A DNA stretch of 64,000 bases, from the NCBI RefSeq assembly GCF_963921235.1, contig NC_086097.1, forward strand, positions 101,186,001 to 101,250,000. The letters run 5' to 3'. Positions 38,601 through 51,779 of this stretch are shown one piece after another; positions within the stretch are counted from its first letter, which is position 1; the number at the start of each line of letters is the position of its first letter. Source of the DNA: Mobula hypostoma. Lineage: Eukaryota. The notes below the pieces were generated by a model. That model worked only from the letters and a program-made list of their open reading frames with translations, ran no database searches and was not told the origin of the DNA. The translations under genes were made by a program, and so were the position numbers.

Positions 38601-41600
38601 CCTTTAACGGTATTAACAGTGCCATCTACCCTGAACAGTATTAACAGTGCCATCTAACCTGTACTGTATTAACGGTGCCATCTACCCTGAAAGGTATTAA
38701 CAGTGCCATCTCCTGAACATAAAACAGTGCCAGCTCCCTGAACGGCATTAACAGTGCCATCTGCTCTGAACTGTAAAATTGGGTATTAACAGTGCCATCT
38801 GCTCTAGCTGAACGTATTAACAGTGCCATCTACCCTGAACAGTGCCATCTCCTGACGTATTAACAGTGCCATCTACCCTGAACGGTATTAACAGTGCCAT
38901 CTCCCCTGAACTGTATTAACAGTGCCATCTACCCTGAACTGGTATTAACAGTGCCATCTCATCTGAACTGTATTAGCAGTGCCATCTACCCAGAACGATA
39001 TTGACAGTGCCATCTATCCTGAATGGAATTAACAGTGCCATCTCATCTGAACTGTATTAACAGTGCCATCTATCCTGAACAGTATTAACAGTGCCATCTA
39101 CCCTGAACGGTATTAACAGTGCCATCCATCCTGAATGGTATTAACCGTGCCATCTACCCTCAACTGTATTGACGGTGCCATCTACCATGAACTGTATTAA
39201 CAGTGCCATCTACCCTGAACGATATTAACAGTGCCATCTACCCTGAACGGTATTAACAGTGCCATCCATCCTGAAAGGTATTAACAGTGCCATCTACCCT
39301 GAACGGTATTAACAGTGCCATCTGCTCTGAATTCTATTAACAGTGCCATCTACCCTGAATGGTATTAATAGTGCCATCTGCTCTGAACTGTATTAACAGT
39401 GCCATCTGCTCTGAACTGTATTAACAGTGCCATCTACCCTGAACGGTATTAACAGTTCCATCTGCTCTGAACTGTATTAACAGTGCCATCTACCCTGAAC
39501 GGTATTAACAGTGCCATCTTCCCCTAACAAAATTAACAGTGCCATCTCCCCTGAATTGTATTAACAGCGCCATCACCTCTGAACTGTATTTACAGTGCAA
39601 TCTACCCTGAATGGTATTAAAAGTGCCATCCATCCTGAAAGGTATTAACAGTGCCATCTACCCTGAACGTTATTAACAGTGCCATCTCCCCTGAACTGTA
39701 TTAACAGTCCCATCCATCCTGAAAGGTATTAACAGTGCCTTCATCCTCAACTGTATTCATAGTGCCTTGTACCCTGAATGGTATTAACAGTGCCATCTGC
39801 TCTGAACGGTATTAACAGTGGCATCTCCCTGAACGGTATTACCAGTGGCATCTCCCTGAACGGTATTAACAGTGCCATCTATCCTGAACTGTATTAACAG
39901 TGCCATCTACCCTGAACGGTATTAACAGTGCCATCTATCCTGAACTGTATTAACAGTGCCATCTCCCCTGAATGGTATTAACAGTGCCATCTCCCCTTAA
40001 CGGTATTAACAGTGCCATCCATCCGGAATGGTATTAACAGTATCATCTATCCTGAACTGTATTAACAGTGCCATCTCCCCTGAATGGTATTAGCAGTGCC
40101 ATCTACACTGAACAGTATTAACAGTACCATCTCACCTGAACGGTATTAACGGTGCCATCTTCCCTGAACTGCATTAACAGTGCCATCCATCCTGAACTGT
40201 GCTAACAGTGCCATCTACCCTGAACGGTAATAACAGTGGCATCTACCCTGAATGGTATTAACAGTGCCATCTATCCTGAACTGTATTAACAGTGCCATCT
40301 ATCCTGAACGGTATTAACACTTCCATCTCCCTGAACAGTATTAACAGTGCCATCTACCGTGAACGGTATTAACAGTGCCATCTATCCTGAACTGTATTAA
40401 CAGTGCCATCTACCCTGAATGGTATTAACAGTGCCATCTCCCCTGAATGGTATTAACAGTGCCATCTATCCTGAATGGTATTAACAGTGCCATCTACACT
40501 GAAGGGTATTAACAGTGCCATCTATCCTGAATGGCATTAACAGTGCCATCTAACCTCAACTGTATTAACAGTGCCAACTCCCCTGAACGGTATTAACAGT
40601 GCTATCGACCCTCAACAGTATTAACAGTGCCATCTGCTCTGAGCTGTAGTTAACAGTGCCATCTACCCTGAACGTTATTAACAGTGCCATCTACCCCGAA
40701 CGGTATTAACATTGCCATCTGCTCTGAACTGTATTAACAGTGCCATCTACCCTGAATAGTATTAACAGTGCCATCTATCCTTAACTGTATTAACAGTGCC
40801 ATCTCCCCTGAATGGTATTAACAGTGCCATCTCCCTGAATTGTATAAAACAGTGCCATCTCCCCTGAACGGCATTAACAGTGCCATCTGCTCTGAATGTT
40901 ATTAACAGTGCCATCTACCCTGAACAGTATTAACAGTGCTATTTGCTTTGAACTGTATTAACAGTGCCATCTACCCTGAACGGTATTAACAGTGCCATCT
41001 ATCCTGAATGGTATTAACAGTGCTATTTGCTTTGAACTGTATTAACAGTGCCATCTATCCTGAACGGTATTAACAGTGCAATTTGCTTTGAACTGTATTA
41101 ACAGTGCCATATACCCTGAACAGTATTAACAGTGCCATCTATCCTGAATGGTATTAACAGTGCCATCTCCCCTGAACGGCATTAACAGTGCCATCTGCTC
41201 TGAACGTTATTAACAGTGCCATCTACCCTGAACAGTATTAACAGTGCTATTTGCTTTGAACTGTATTAACAGTGCCATCTACCCTGAACGGTATTAACAG
41301 TGCCATCTATCCTGAATGGTATTAACAGTGCTATTTGCTTTGAACTGTATTAACAGTGCCATCTATCCTGAACGGTATTAACAGTGCTATTTGCTTTGAA
41401 CTGTATTAACAGTGCCATCTACCCTGAACAGTATTAACAGTGCCATCTACCCTGAATGGTATTAACAGTGCCATCTCCCCTGAACGGTATTAATAGTGCC
41501 ATCTACCCTGAACTGTATTAACAGTGCCATCTATCCTGAACTGTATTAACAGTGCCATCTCCCCTGAACGGTATTAACAGTGCCATCTAGCTGAACAGTA

Positions 41601-44600
41601 TTAACAGTGCCATCTCCCTGAATTGTATAAAACAGTGCCAGCTCCGTTGAATGGCATTAACAGTGCCATCTGCTCTGAACTGTATTAACAGTGCTAAATA
41701 CCCTCAACGCTATTAACAGTGCCATCTACCCTGAACAGTACTAACAGTGCCATCTGATCTGAAATGTATTAACAGTGCCATCTATCCTGAACGGTATTAA
41801 CAGTGCCATCTATCCTGGACTGTATTAACAGTGCCAGCTCCCCTGAACGGTATTAACAGTGCCAGCTCCCCTGAACGGTATTAACAGTGCTATCTACCCT
41901 CAACAGTATTAACAGTGCCATCTGCTCTGAGCTGTAGTTAACAGTGCCATCTACCCTGAATGGTATTAACATTGGCATCTGATCTGAAATGTATTAACAG
42001 TGCCATCTACCCTGAACGGTATTAACAGTGCCATCTACCCTAAACGGTATTAACAGTGACATCTCCCTGAGCGGTATTAACAGTGCCATCTACCCTGAAC
42101 GGTATTAACAGTGCCATCTGATCTGAAATGTATTAAAAGTGCCATCTACCCTGAACTGTATTAACAGTGCCATCTACCCTGAACTGTATTAACAGTGCCA
42201 TCTCCCCTGAACGGTATTAACAGTGCCATCTATCCTGAACGGTATTAACAGTGCCATCTCCCCTGAACGGTATTAACAGTGCCATCCATCCTGAACTGTA
42301 TCAACAGTGCCATCTCCCCTGAATTGTATTAACAGTGCCATCTCCCCTTAACGGTATTAACAGTGCCATCCATCCCTGAACTGTATTAACAGTGCCATCT
42401 ATCCTGAACGGTATTACCAGTGCCATCTCCCCTGAAAGGAATTAACAGTGCCATCTACCCTGAACTGTATTAACAGTGCCATCTATCCTGAACGTTATTA
42501 ACAGTGCCATCTACTTTGAACAGTATTAACAGTGCTATCTGCTTTGAACTGTATTAACAGTGCCATCTACCCTGAACGGTATTAACACTGCCATCTCCCC
42601 TGAACGGTATTAACAGTCCCATCTATCCTGAACGGTATTAACAGTGCCATCTGCTCTGAACTGTATTAACAGTGCCATCTACCCTGAACGGTATTAACAG
42701 TGCCATCTATCCTGAACTGTATTAACAGTGCCATCTCCCCTGAAAGGTATTAACAGTGCCATCTCCCTGAATTGTATAAAACAGTGCCAGCTCCCCTGAA
42801 CGGCATTAACAGTGCCATCTGCTCTGAACTGTATTAACAGTGCCATCTACCCTGAACGGTATTAACAGTGCCATCTCCCCTGAACGGTATTAACAGTGCC
42901 ATCTATCCTGAATTGTATTAACAGTGCCATCCATCCTGAACGGTATTAACAGTGTCATCTGCTCTGAGCTGTAGTTAACAGTGCCATCTACCTTGAACGT
43001 CATTAACAGAGCCATCTACCCTGAACGGTATTAAAAGTGCCATCCATCCTGAAAGGTATTAACAGTGCCTTCATCCTCAACTGTATTCACAGTCCCTAGT
43101 ACCCTGAACGGTATTAACAGTGCCATCTATTCTGAACAGTATTAACAATGCCATCTGCTCTGAACGGTATTAACAGTGCCATCTACCCTGAACGGTATTA
43201 ACAGTGCCAACTCCCCTGATCTGTATTAACAGTGGCATCTCCCTGAACGGTATTAATAGTGCCATCTATCCTGAACTGTATTAACAGTTCATTAACAGTG
43301 CCATCTATCCTGAACGGTATTAACAGTGCCATCTCCCCTGAACGGTATTAACAGTGCCATCTATCCTGAACTGTATTAACAGTGCCATCTGCCCGGAACG
43401 GTACTAACAGTGCCATCCACCCTGAACTGTATAAACAGTGCCATCCATCCTGAACTTTTTTTTAACGGTGCCTTCTACCCTGAACGGTATTAACAGTGCC
43501 ATCTCGCTGAATGGTATTAACAGTGCCATCTCCCCTGAACTGTATAAACAGTGCCATCCATCCTGAACTTTTTTTAACGGTGCCTTCTACCCTGAACGGT
43601 ATTAACAGTGCCATCTCGCTGAACTGTATTAACAGTGCCATCTCCCCTGAACGGTATTAACAGTGCCATCTACCCTGTACTGTATTTGCAGTGCCATCTA
43701 TCCTGACCGGTATTAACATTGCCATCTACCCTCAACGGTATTAACAGTGCCATCTCATCTGAACTGTATTAGCAGTGCCATCTACCCTGAACGGTATTGA
43801 CAGTGCCATCTGTCCTGAATGGTATTGACAGTGCCATCTCATCTGAACGGTAGTAACAGTGCCATCTATCCTGAATTGCATTAACAGTGCCATCTACCTT
43901 GAATGCTATTAACAGTGCCATCTCCCCTGAACGGTATTAACAGTGCCATCCATCCTGAACGGTATTAACAGTGCCATCTACCTTGAATGGTATTAACAGT
44001 GCCATCTATCCTGAACTGTATTAACAGTGCCATCTCCCCTGAACTGTATTAACAGTGCCATCTCCCCTGAACGGTATTAACAGTGCCATCCATCCTGAAC
44101 GGTATTAACAGTGCCATCTACCTTGAATGGTATTAACAGTGCCATCTACCTTGAACTATATTAACAGTGCTATCCATCCTGAACGGTATTAACAGTGCCA
44201 TCTACTCTGAAGGGTATTAACAGTGCCATCTACCCTGTACTGTATTTGCAGTGCCATCTATCCTGACCGGTATTAACAGTGCCATCTATCCTGAATGGTA
44301 TTAACAGTGCCATGTCATCTGAACTGTATTAACAGTGCCATCTATCCTGAACTGTATTAACAGTGCCATCTCCCCTGAACGGTATTAACAGTGCCACCCA
44401 TCCTGAACTGTATTAACAGTGCCATCTGCTCTGAACGGTATTAACAGTGCCATGTCCCCTGAACTGTATAAATAGTGCCATCCATCCTGAACTTTTTTTA
44501 ACGGTGCCTTCTACCCTGAACGGTATTGACAGTGCCATCTCCCCTGAACTGTATTAACAGTGCCATCTCCCTGAACGGTATTAACAGTGCCACCCATCCT

Positions 44601-46035
44601 GAACTGTATTAACAGTGCCATCTGCTCTGAACGGTATTAACAGTGCCATCTCCCCTGAACTGTATAAACAGTGCCATCCATCCTGAACTTTTTTTAACGG
44701 TGCCTTCTACCCTGAACGGTATTAACAGTGCCATCTCGCTGAACGGTATTAACAGTGCCATCTCCCCTGAACTGTATAAACAGTGCCATCCATCCTGAAC
44801 TTTTTTTAACGGTGCCTTCTACCCTGAACGGTATTAACAGTGCCATCTCGCTGAACTGTATTAACAGTGCCATCTCCCCTGAACGGTATTAACTGTGCCA
44901 TCTACTCTGAAGGGTATTAACAGTGCCATCTACCCTGTACTGTATTTGCAGTGCCATCTATCCTGACCGGTATTAACATTGCCATCTACCCTCAACGGTA
45001 TTAACAGTGCCATCTCATCTGAACTGTATTAGCAGTGCCATCTACCCTGAACGGTATTGACAGTGCCATCTGTCCTGAATGGTATTAACAGTGCCATCTC
45101 CCCTGAACGGTATTAACAGTGCCATCCATCCTGAACGGTATTAACAGTGCCATCGACCCTGTACTGTATTTGCAGTGCCATCTATCCTGACCAGTATTAA
45201 CAGTGCCATCTATCCTGAATGGTATTAACAGTGCCATGTCATCTGAACTATATTAACAGTGCCATCTACCCTGCACTGTATTAACAGTGCCATCTCCCTT
45301 GAACGGTATTAACAGTGCCATCTATCCTGAATTATTTTAACAGTGCCATTAATCCTGAACTGTATTAACAGTGCCATCCAGCTGAACGGTATTAACAGTG
45401 CCATCTCCATGAACGGTATTAACTGTGCCATCCATCCTGAACGGTATTAACAGTGCCATTTCCCCTGAACGTTATTAACAGTGCCATCTACCATGAATGG
45501 TATTAACAGTGCCATCTACCTTGAACTGTATTAACTGTGCCATGTCCCCTGAAAGGTATTAGCAGTGCCATCTACACTGAACAGTATTAACAGTCCAATC
45601 TCCCCTGAATGGAATTAAGAGTGCCATCCATCCTGAACTGTATTAACAGTGCCATCCACGCTGAACGGTATTAACAGTGCCACCTACACTGAACGGTAGT
45701 AACAGTGCCATCTGCCCTGAACTGTCTTGACAGTGCCATCTCCCCTAAATGCTATTAACAGTGTCATCTACCCTGAACGGTATTAACAGTGCCATCTCAT
45801 CTGAACTGTATTAACAGTGCCATCTATCCTGAACGGTATTAACAGTGCCTTCTACCCTAAACGGTATTAACAGTGCCATCTATGCTGAACGGTATTAACA
45901 GTGCCATCTATCCTGAACAGTATTAACAGTGCCATCTACTCTGAACGGTATTAACATTGCCAGGTATCCTGAATGGTATTAACAGTGCTATCCATCCTGA
46001 ACAGTATTAACAGTGCCATCTCCCCTGAATGGTAC
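23603..46035. repeat. 28-bp satellite array, ~800 units (GTATTAACAGTGCCATCTACCCTGAACG and variants)
   Basis: Period read directly; continuous for ~22.4 kb with no mobile-element insertion seen. Confidence 0.98.
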
Positions 46036-46480
46036 AGACAGTGTGATCTCCCCTGAACAGAATTGACAGTTTATCCTCTTCTGATCAGTATTTATAGTGG
46101 GATCTCCCCGAAAAGAAATGACAGTGTGATCTCCCCTGGTCTGGGTTCACAGAGTGATTTCCTTGAACAGAACTGGCAGTTTGACCTCCCTTGATTGGTG
46201 TTCCAAGTGTGATCTGCCCTGAAGAGTATTCCCAGTGTGATCTCCCTGAATGGTATTGACGGAGTGAGTGCACCTGAACAGTATTAACCATGTGTTCTCC
46301 GTTGATCAGTGCTCCTGGTTTGATCTCCCCTGAACATATTCTTATTGCAATCTCCCGCAGTCAATATTCCCAGTGTGATTTCCCATGAAGAGTATTCACA
46401 GTGGGACCTGCCCTGGACAGTGTTCCTTGTGTGATGTCTCCATTATCCATCATTCTATTCGCAGTGTGATTACCTGTCAT
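46036..46480. repeat. Degenerate 28-bp satellite edge (GTGTGATCTCCCC type)
   Basis: cagtgtgatctcccctgaacag, gagtattcccagtgtgatctccctgaatgg at ~28-bp spacing. Confidence 0.8.
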
Positions 46481-46894
46481 CGTAGTCGTGATGAGCGCTT
46501 AACTTTACTGATGGTCTGATCTCTTATGTGCTATATTCATGGAGTCAAATCGTCAACGTCTGCCTCGAGCATACAAGCTGGTATTGCACTCACGTCACCA
46601 ATGCTGACCAAGACTCACACCTGAGCTATTTGACCAGGTTTGGCTCATACCTTTCTAGCTTTCTTTCCTGTCCAAATGCCTTCTAAATGCAATTATTGCA
46701 CGTGCCTGAGCCACGTTCTCCAGCAGCTTAGTCCACCTACATACCACCCCTTCGGTCAAAAGCTGCCTCCAGGTGTCTTTTTAATATTTGCCCTGTCAAC
46801 TGAAACCCACTCCCGATTGTTGTTGATTCCCTTGCTTGGGAAAAGGATTGCGTGTTCACTATCTCACTTTATGTACCTCTGCAATCCCACAAAA

Positions 46895-49230
46895 CTATAA
46901 GATATTGGAGCAGAGTTTGGCCATTCAGCCAATCGAATCTTTTCCATCATTTGATTAAGCCTGATCCACTTCACTCTTAGCCCCATTCTCCTGCCTTCTC
47001 CCCGTAACCTTCCACACCCTGAGATAAGGAATCTATCAACCTCCTGCTTAATTACACCCAATGACTTGGCCTCCACAGCTGCCTGTGGCAACAAATTCCA
47101 CAGATTCACCACCCTCTGGCTGAACAAACTCATCAATCACCTCTGTTCTAAAAGGATCTCCCTCTGTTCTGAGGATATGCCCCGTGGTTCTTGACACCCC
47201 CACATCCACTCTATCTCCGCCTTTCAACGAGTTTCTCCCTCATTCCTCTTAAATTCCAGTGAGTACAGGCCCTGAGCCATCTAGCACTCTTCATATGATA
47301 AGAATTTCATTCCAGAATCACCTTTGTGAACTCCTTTGAACCCTCTCCAGTGTCTGCGCATCTGTTCTTAGATAAGGGGCCTACAATACTCCAAGTGAGG
47401 CCTCACCAGTGCTTTATAAAGCCTCAACATTACATCCTTGCTTTCATATTCTAGCCCTCTCAAAGTGAAAGCTAACATTACATTTGTCCTCCTCACCACC
47501 AATTCAACCTGCAAGTTAACCTTCAGGGAACCCAGTACAAGGACAGAATGTCCTCTTGCAGCTCTGATTTTTGAATTATCTCCCCATTTATTCCTTCTTC
47601 CAAAGTGCATGACCATACACTTCCCAACACTGCATTCCATCTGACACTTCTTTGCCCATTCTCCTTCTGCAGTCTCTCTGTTCCCTCAACACTACCTGCC
47701 CCTCCACCTACCTTCATATCATCCACATGGACACAAAGCCATCAATTCCATCATCCAAATCATTGATATACAACATAAAAAGAAGCAGTCCCAACACCAA
47801 CCCCTGTGGAACACCACTTGTCACTGGTAGCCAACCAGAAAAGAATCCCTTTATTCCTGTTCCTTGCCTCCTTCCAATCAGCCAGTGCTTTCTCGATGCT
47901 AGAATCCTTCCTGTAATATGATGGGCCTGTAGCTTGTTAAGCAGCCTAGTGTGGCACCTTGTCAAAGGTCTTCTGAAATCCAAGTACACAACATCAACCG
48001 ATTCTCCTTTGTCTATCCTGCTTGTTACTACAGTACTTCGAAGAATTCCAACAGATTTATCAGGCAAGATTTTTCCTGAAGGAAATGATTGGTGCCTTTG
48101 CCCTTTTTTATTATGTGCCTCCAAGTACCCCCAAAACCTCATCATTAACATCAATTCCAACATCTTCCCAACCACTGATTAGCCTATAATTTCCTTTCTA
48201 CTGCCTCCCTCCATCTTGAAGTTGCATTTGCAATTTTCTATTCCTCTGGAACAATGCCAGAATCTAGTGATTCTTGAAAGATGAGATTCAAGAAAATGAA
48301 TCTCAGGGTTGTATATGGTGACCTATTTGTACTTTGATAATACATTTACTTTAAACTTTGAACCTCTGCAAGTTCCTACTAAATGCCTCCAAAATTAGCT
48401 CTCCCATACTTTAGGACCCTAATTGTGGACTTGTCCTATCCTTCTCGATAACTAGAAGACTCCTAACTGACACTTCAGTTATTCATCCTGCCTCTTCCCC
48501 CAAGAGGAAACCAGAAAAGGCTCCCTGTATTCCCACTCTTTGCCTCCTGCCAATCAGCCACTGCCTTATCCATGCTAGAATCTTTCTTGTAATATGATGG
48601 GCCTGTAAGAGGAGGTCCAGTGTTGCACCTTCTTTGGTAGGGATTACGGAAGCTTGCTTGCACAGATTTAGGAAATCACACCTAGAAGCCCTTTTCAATA
48701 TTACAAAAATTAAAACCTCCATTATTCTTACAGCTATCTGCAATTCCCGCTGATCACTGGGAGCCCCGTAGTACAATCGCATCAGTGTGACCATCCCCTT
48801 CTTGTTTTTATAATTCCCTCAGATGGCTTCAATGGATCCCCCAGGAATATCCTCTCTAACTTCTGCTGTTATGTCCAGCCTGCCCTCCTCTTTTACCCGT
48901 GTCTCTATCACACCTGCAGCATTTTTACCCTGGACTCATTTACCCTGGCCTTCTCTCAGCTATGGCTATAATATCCCTACATCCTGAGCCAATCCACACC
49001 CTGAGTTGATCCAACTAAAACCTCTGTAATTTAAATGCATGTAGTTTAAACCATCGGTATCTCCTCTCTCATTGCCATGCTTCTGGCTATCTGTGCCCTC
49101 ACTCACTACAGTATCTGACTGCAACTTCTCAAAAGTTTTGCTTCCGCTCAGGGACCCACTCCTGTCAATCTCGTTTCAACCCTCCTGTATAGCAGTAGCT
49201 GGTGCAATCTTTCCTCCTCTCTAGAGACCA
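46895..49230 (-). mobile_element. Decayed, rearranged CR1 LINE (RT region plus upstream endonuclease-region remnant)
   Basis: SQRVVNLWN, LYKALVRPHLEY, SGVPQGLVLG, VDVVYLDF and PTKEGATLDLLL on minus-strand ORFs. A short LINE 3'-tail insert sits at ~48285-48365. Confidence 0.85.
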
Positions 49231-49829
49231 AGCACAGCTTGACTACTTTCTGTTTATTCAGTCTATAAAACAACACTTAGAACTTCTAATTGCCCATTGC
49301 TTCAATTCTCCATCTTCTGAATGTGACCTCTCCGACTTCCATGGCAGCTAACTACAATCATTATAGCCCTCTGGATTCATTTGCAAACCTTAGTGATAGA
49401 GATGAATATCCGCTGTTCCCCATTAGCCTTGCTCCAGACTGGTTGGGACTATGTACTAGTTTATCTTCCCACACCCGTTTGACTTCCATCATCAACCCTT
49501 TTAAAGTCCTGCACTTCCATGGACTTCGCCCTTTTTGGTTTCTTCTGCTCTTTACACTCTGAGCCACTTCTCTGTCCCTCCTCCCCCTCTCTCTCCCTCC
49601 TCACTCACACACACCACACACATACACACACCACACACGCACCTTCAACCAGATCTACCACAAGCTTATTGGCCTTCAGTCTCTGCCTCTCTCTGAGTAG
49701 ATGCTTTTGGACCTGCCAAATGCTTTCAGCATTTGACTGGATTTCCAGCACCTGCCTGTCGATGACCCGTATTGCCAGTTTCTGGGTTTGAATACATCCT
49801 GGCTGACCTGAAGATCTTTCTGTACAACA

Positions 49830-50025
49830 GAGACACAAGAGATTGCAGATGCTGAAGTCTGAAGCTGGAGGAACTCAGTGGGTTGAGCAGTCCCCATGGG
49901 AGGAAATGAAATGTCGATGTTTTGGGCCCTGATTGCAGAGTTTTGAAATGAAACATCAACAATTCTTTTCCCCCCACGGATGCTGCCTGGCCTGCTGAGG
50001 TCCTCCAGAAGATTGTTTGTTTCCT
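49830..50025. mobile_element. Palindromic mini-element made of two inverted Penelope pLTR ends
   Basis: ctggaggaactcagtgggttgagcagt...atgtcgatgtttt pairs imperfectly with gaaacatcaaca...atgctgcctggcctgctgaggtcctccag. Confidence 0.65.
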
Positions 50026-50978
50026 TCTCTTTGTCAACCCAGTCCCTCTGGGGAAGTCTGCTCACTTAACACATCTGCACCTGAACGTGAAAGTGCCCTC
50101 TGAGCTTGTTTTCTGTAACACGCGGGCACCAAATGGAAACAGCATGTATTTACGTGCAGTTATTAACATTGCTCAACCTCCCCAAAGGCACACTTTCAAT
50201 GTTATAAAATACCGTGAGCTGCTGAGTCACCCAAGGACTGATGGGTGGTCAGAGGGAAGTCTTAAAACAAGAATTAGAGCCACTGGTGAGAAGTCAAGTG
50301 TAGATTGATAAGGATTAGAGAGAGACAGTTACCTAGAGAAGTGTAGAGAGTATAATTATCATCTGAACTGAAGGAGGCAGAGAGGGTTGAGGGGTTGGGT
50401 CAGGAGAAGGAGTGGGGAAAGCAGAACATAAAGACAGACTTGGAGATGTTGCTCATGTGATTGGAGACACAGATGACAGGCAGAAGCATCGAGCCATTAT
50501 AAAGACAAAGGCAATGAAAGATTAAGGAGGAGCTTTGGCTACCACAACCCTCCTCAAACTGTTTCCTTTCTGACCATCTGCTGGACAGCCCATTCCTGTC
50601 TCCCACCCAGCTTTCCCTTCAATGCCTAAACTTACCGCATGCCATATTCCCTCCACTTTCCGGGAGAAGAATTTTGTCCTGGATTTCCTGTGAGGTTTAT
50701 AACTAGTTAAAAGTAATGCTATACTGCTGACACATATACCTGATAGTGGAAACGCCTTCTGTGTCTCCTCTAACCTTCTGACAGGATTAGCAAAGGTAGC
50801 CATTGTCCCATCGTCCCATCGTGCCTCGGCCGCAGTTCATGGAAGGCACATACTCACTGCACAGAGTCACATCAGAAATACTGTACAAACCTTTTATTCC
50901 TTAACCATTTCTGCAACAACCCTTCACGTTACCAGAGATTTACATTAATGGTATTCATCTTTCCCCTAGTAATTAGAC

Positions 50979-51406
50979 TTCTCGGTGGGTTGTCACCGTG
51001 TCGCGGTGGAGAGGCTTGTGTGGTCCTGAGATCCCGAGAGCGATGCCATCTGGAGCTATGCTCCTGGTAGGGTCACCCATGGCGGTAAGGTCGAGGGTGA
51101 GGTCCCTGACAAAGAACAATCCAACCAAGACCTCAACGGTGGAACAAGTGGACGAAGTTACTTCAAACTCAACGGCTGTGAAGGCGGATGAAGGCTGCAA
51201 CAAATCCATCAGCTCCAATCGTTGTGGTTTCCACGTCATTGGAATCAATTGATTGATTTGTGAAGTATTGTGTGCTTCTTGGAGTGCAACATCAAGTACA
51301 CGTTAAACAAATACACGCACAGGCATCTTCGCTCTGTAGGCCACTTCTTCAGAACGAAGACCATCATCCTCAACCTCGAGGGATAGCCATGACGACGACA
51401 ATGATG
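50979..51406 (+). mobile_element. 428-bp non-autonomous retroelement, probably RTE-derived, with 11-bp target-site duplication
   Basis: AGTAATTAGAC at 50968-50978 and 51407-51417; (GAC/GAT)n tail; 5' part ctcctggtagggtcacccatggc resembles RTE 5' UTRs (from recall). Confidence 0.75.
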
Positions 51407-51779
51407 AGTAATTAGACCAAGCCTAGTTTCTTCAACTTGCAAAGACTTATTCTTACACCAGGTACAGAACCCTTTCCATGTGGTTAGAGGAAAGTGCTAA
51501 TAGGAGAGCTGGTAACCAGCTAACTTCATCTTTCAGCTCTGTGTTAAGAGAATCAAGGTATGTGGTGTTGGTGCAAAGAAGTGCCAGAGATAGAAGATCA
51601 GGCATGAGGATATTGAATAGCAGAGCAGGTAGAGGGGCTGAATGGACTACTCCTGATCTACATCTGCAACTAACAATCTTTCAGGTTAACAAACAACACA
51701 CAAACGGCACTCATTGCTTCCCCGAGCACAAAGACCAAGTTTCTTACCATCAATGAATGAGAGCAAAGACTGACTTTTA

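Noticed and set aside
24211..38829. Short repetitive ORFs (MALLIPFR...)
   Set aside because: Chance open frames in the 28-bp satellite.
23603..46035. CRISPR-like array (constant core with variable segment)
   Set aside because: Variable parts are only 2-4 nt and recur, there are no unique spacers or cas genes, and the context is vertebrate.
23603..46035. Tandem 12-RSS array (7+12+9 = 28 bp; AACAGTG resembles CACAGTG)
   Set aside because: The essential CAC is AAC in almost all units, the nonamer position (AACGGTATT) does not resemble ACAAAAACC, and no V/D/J segments are seen.
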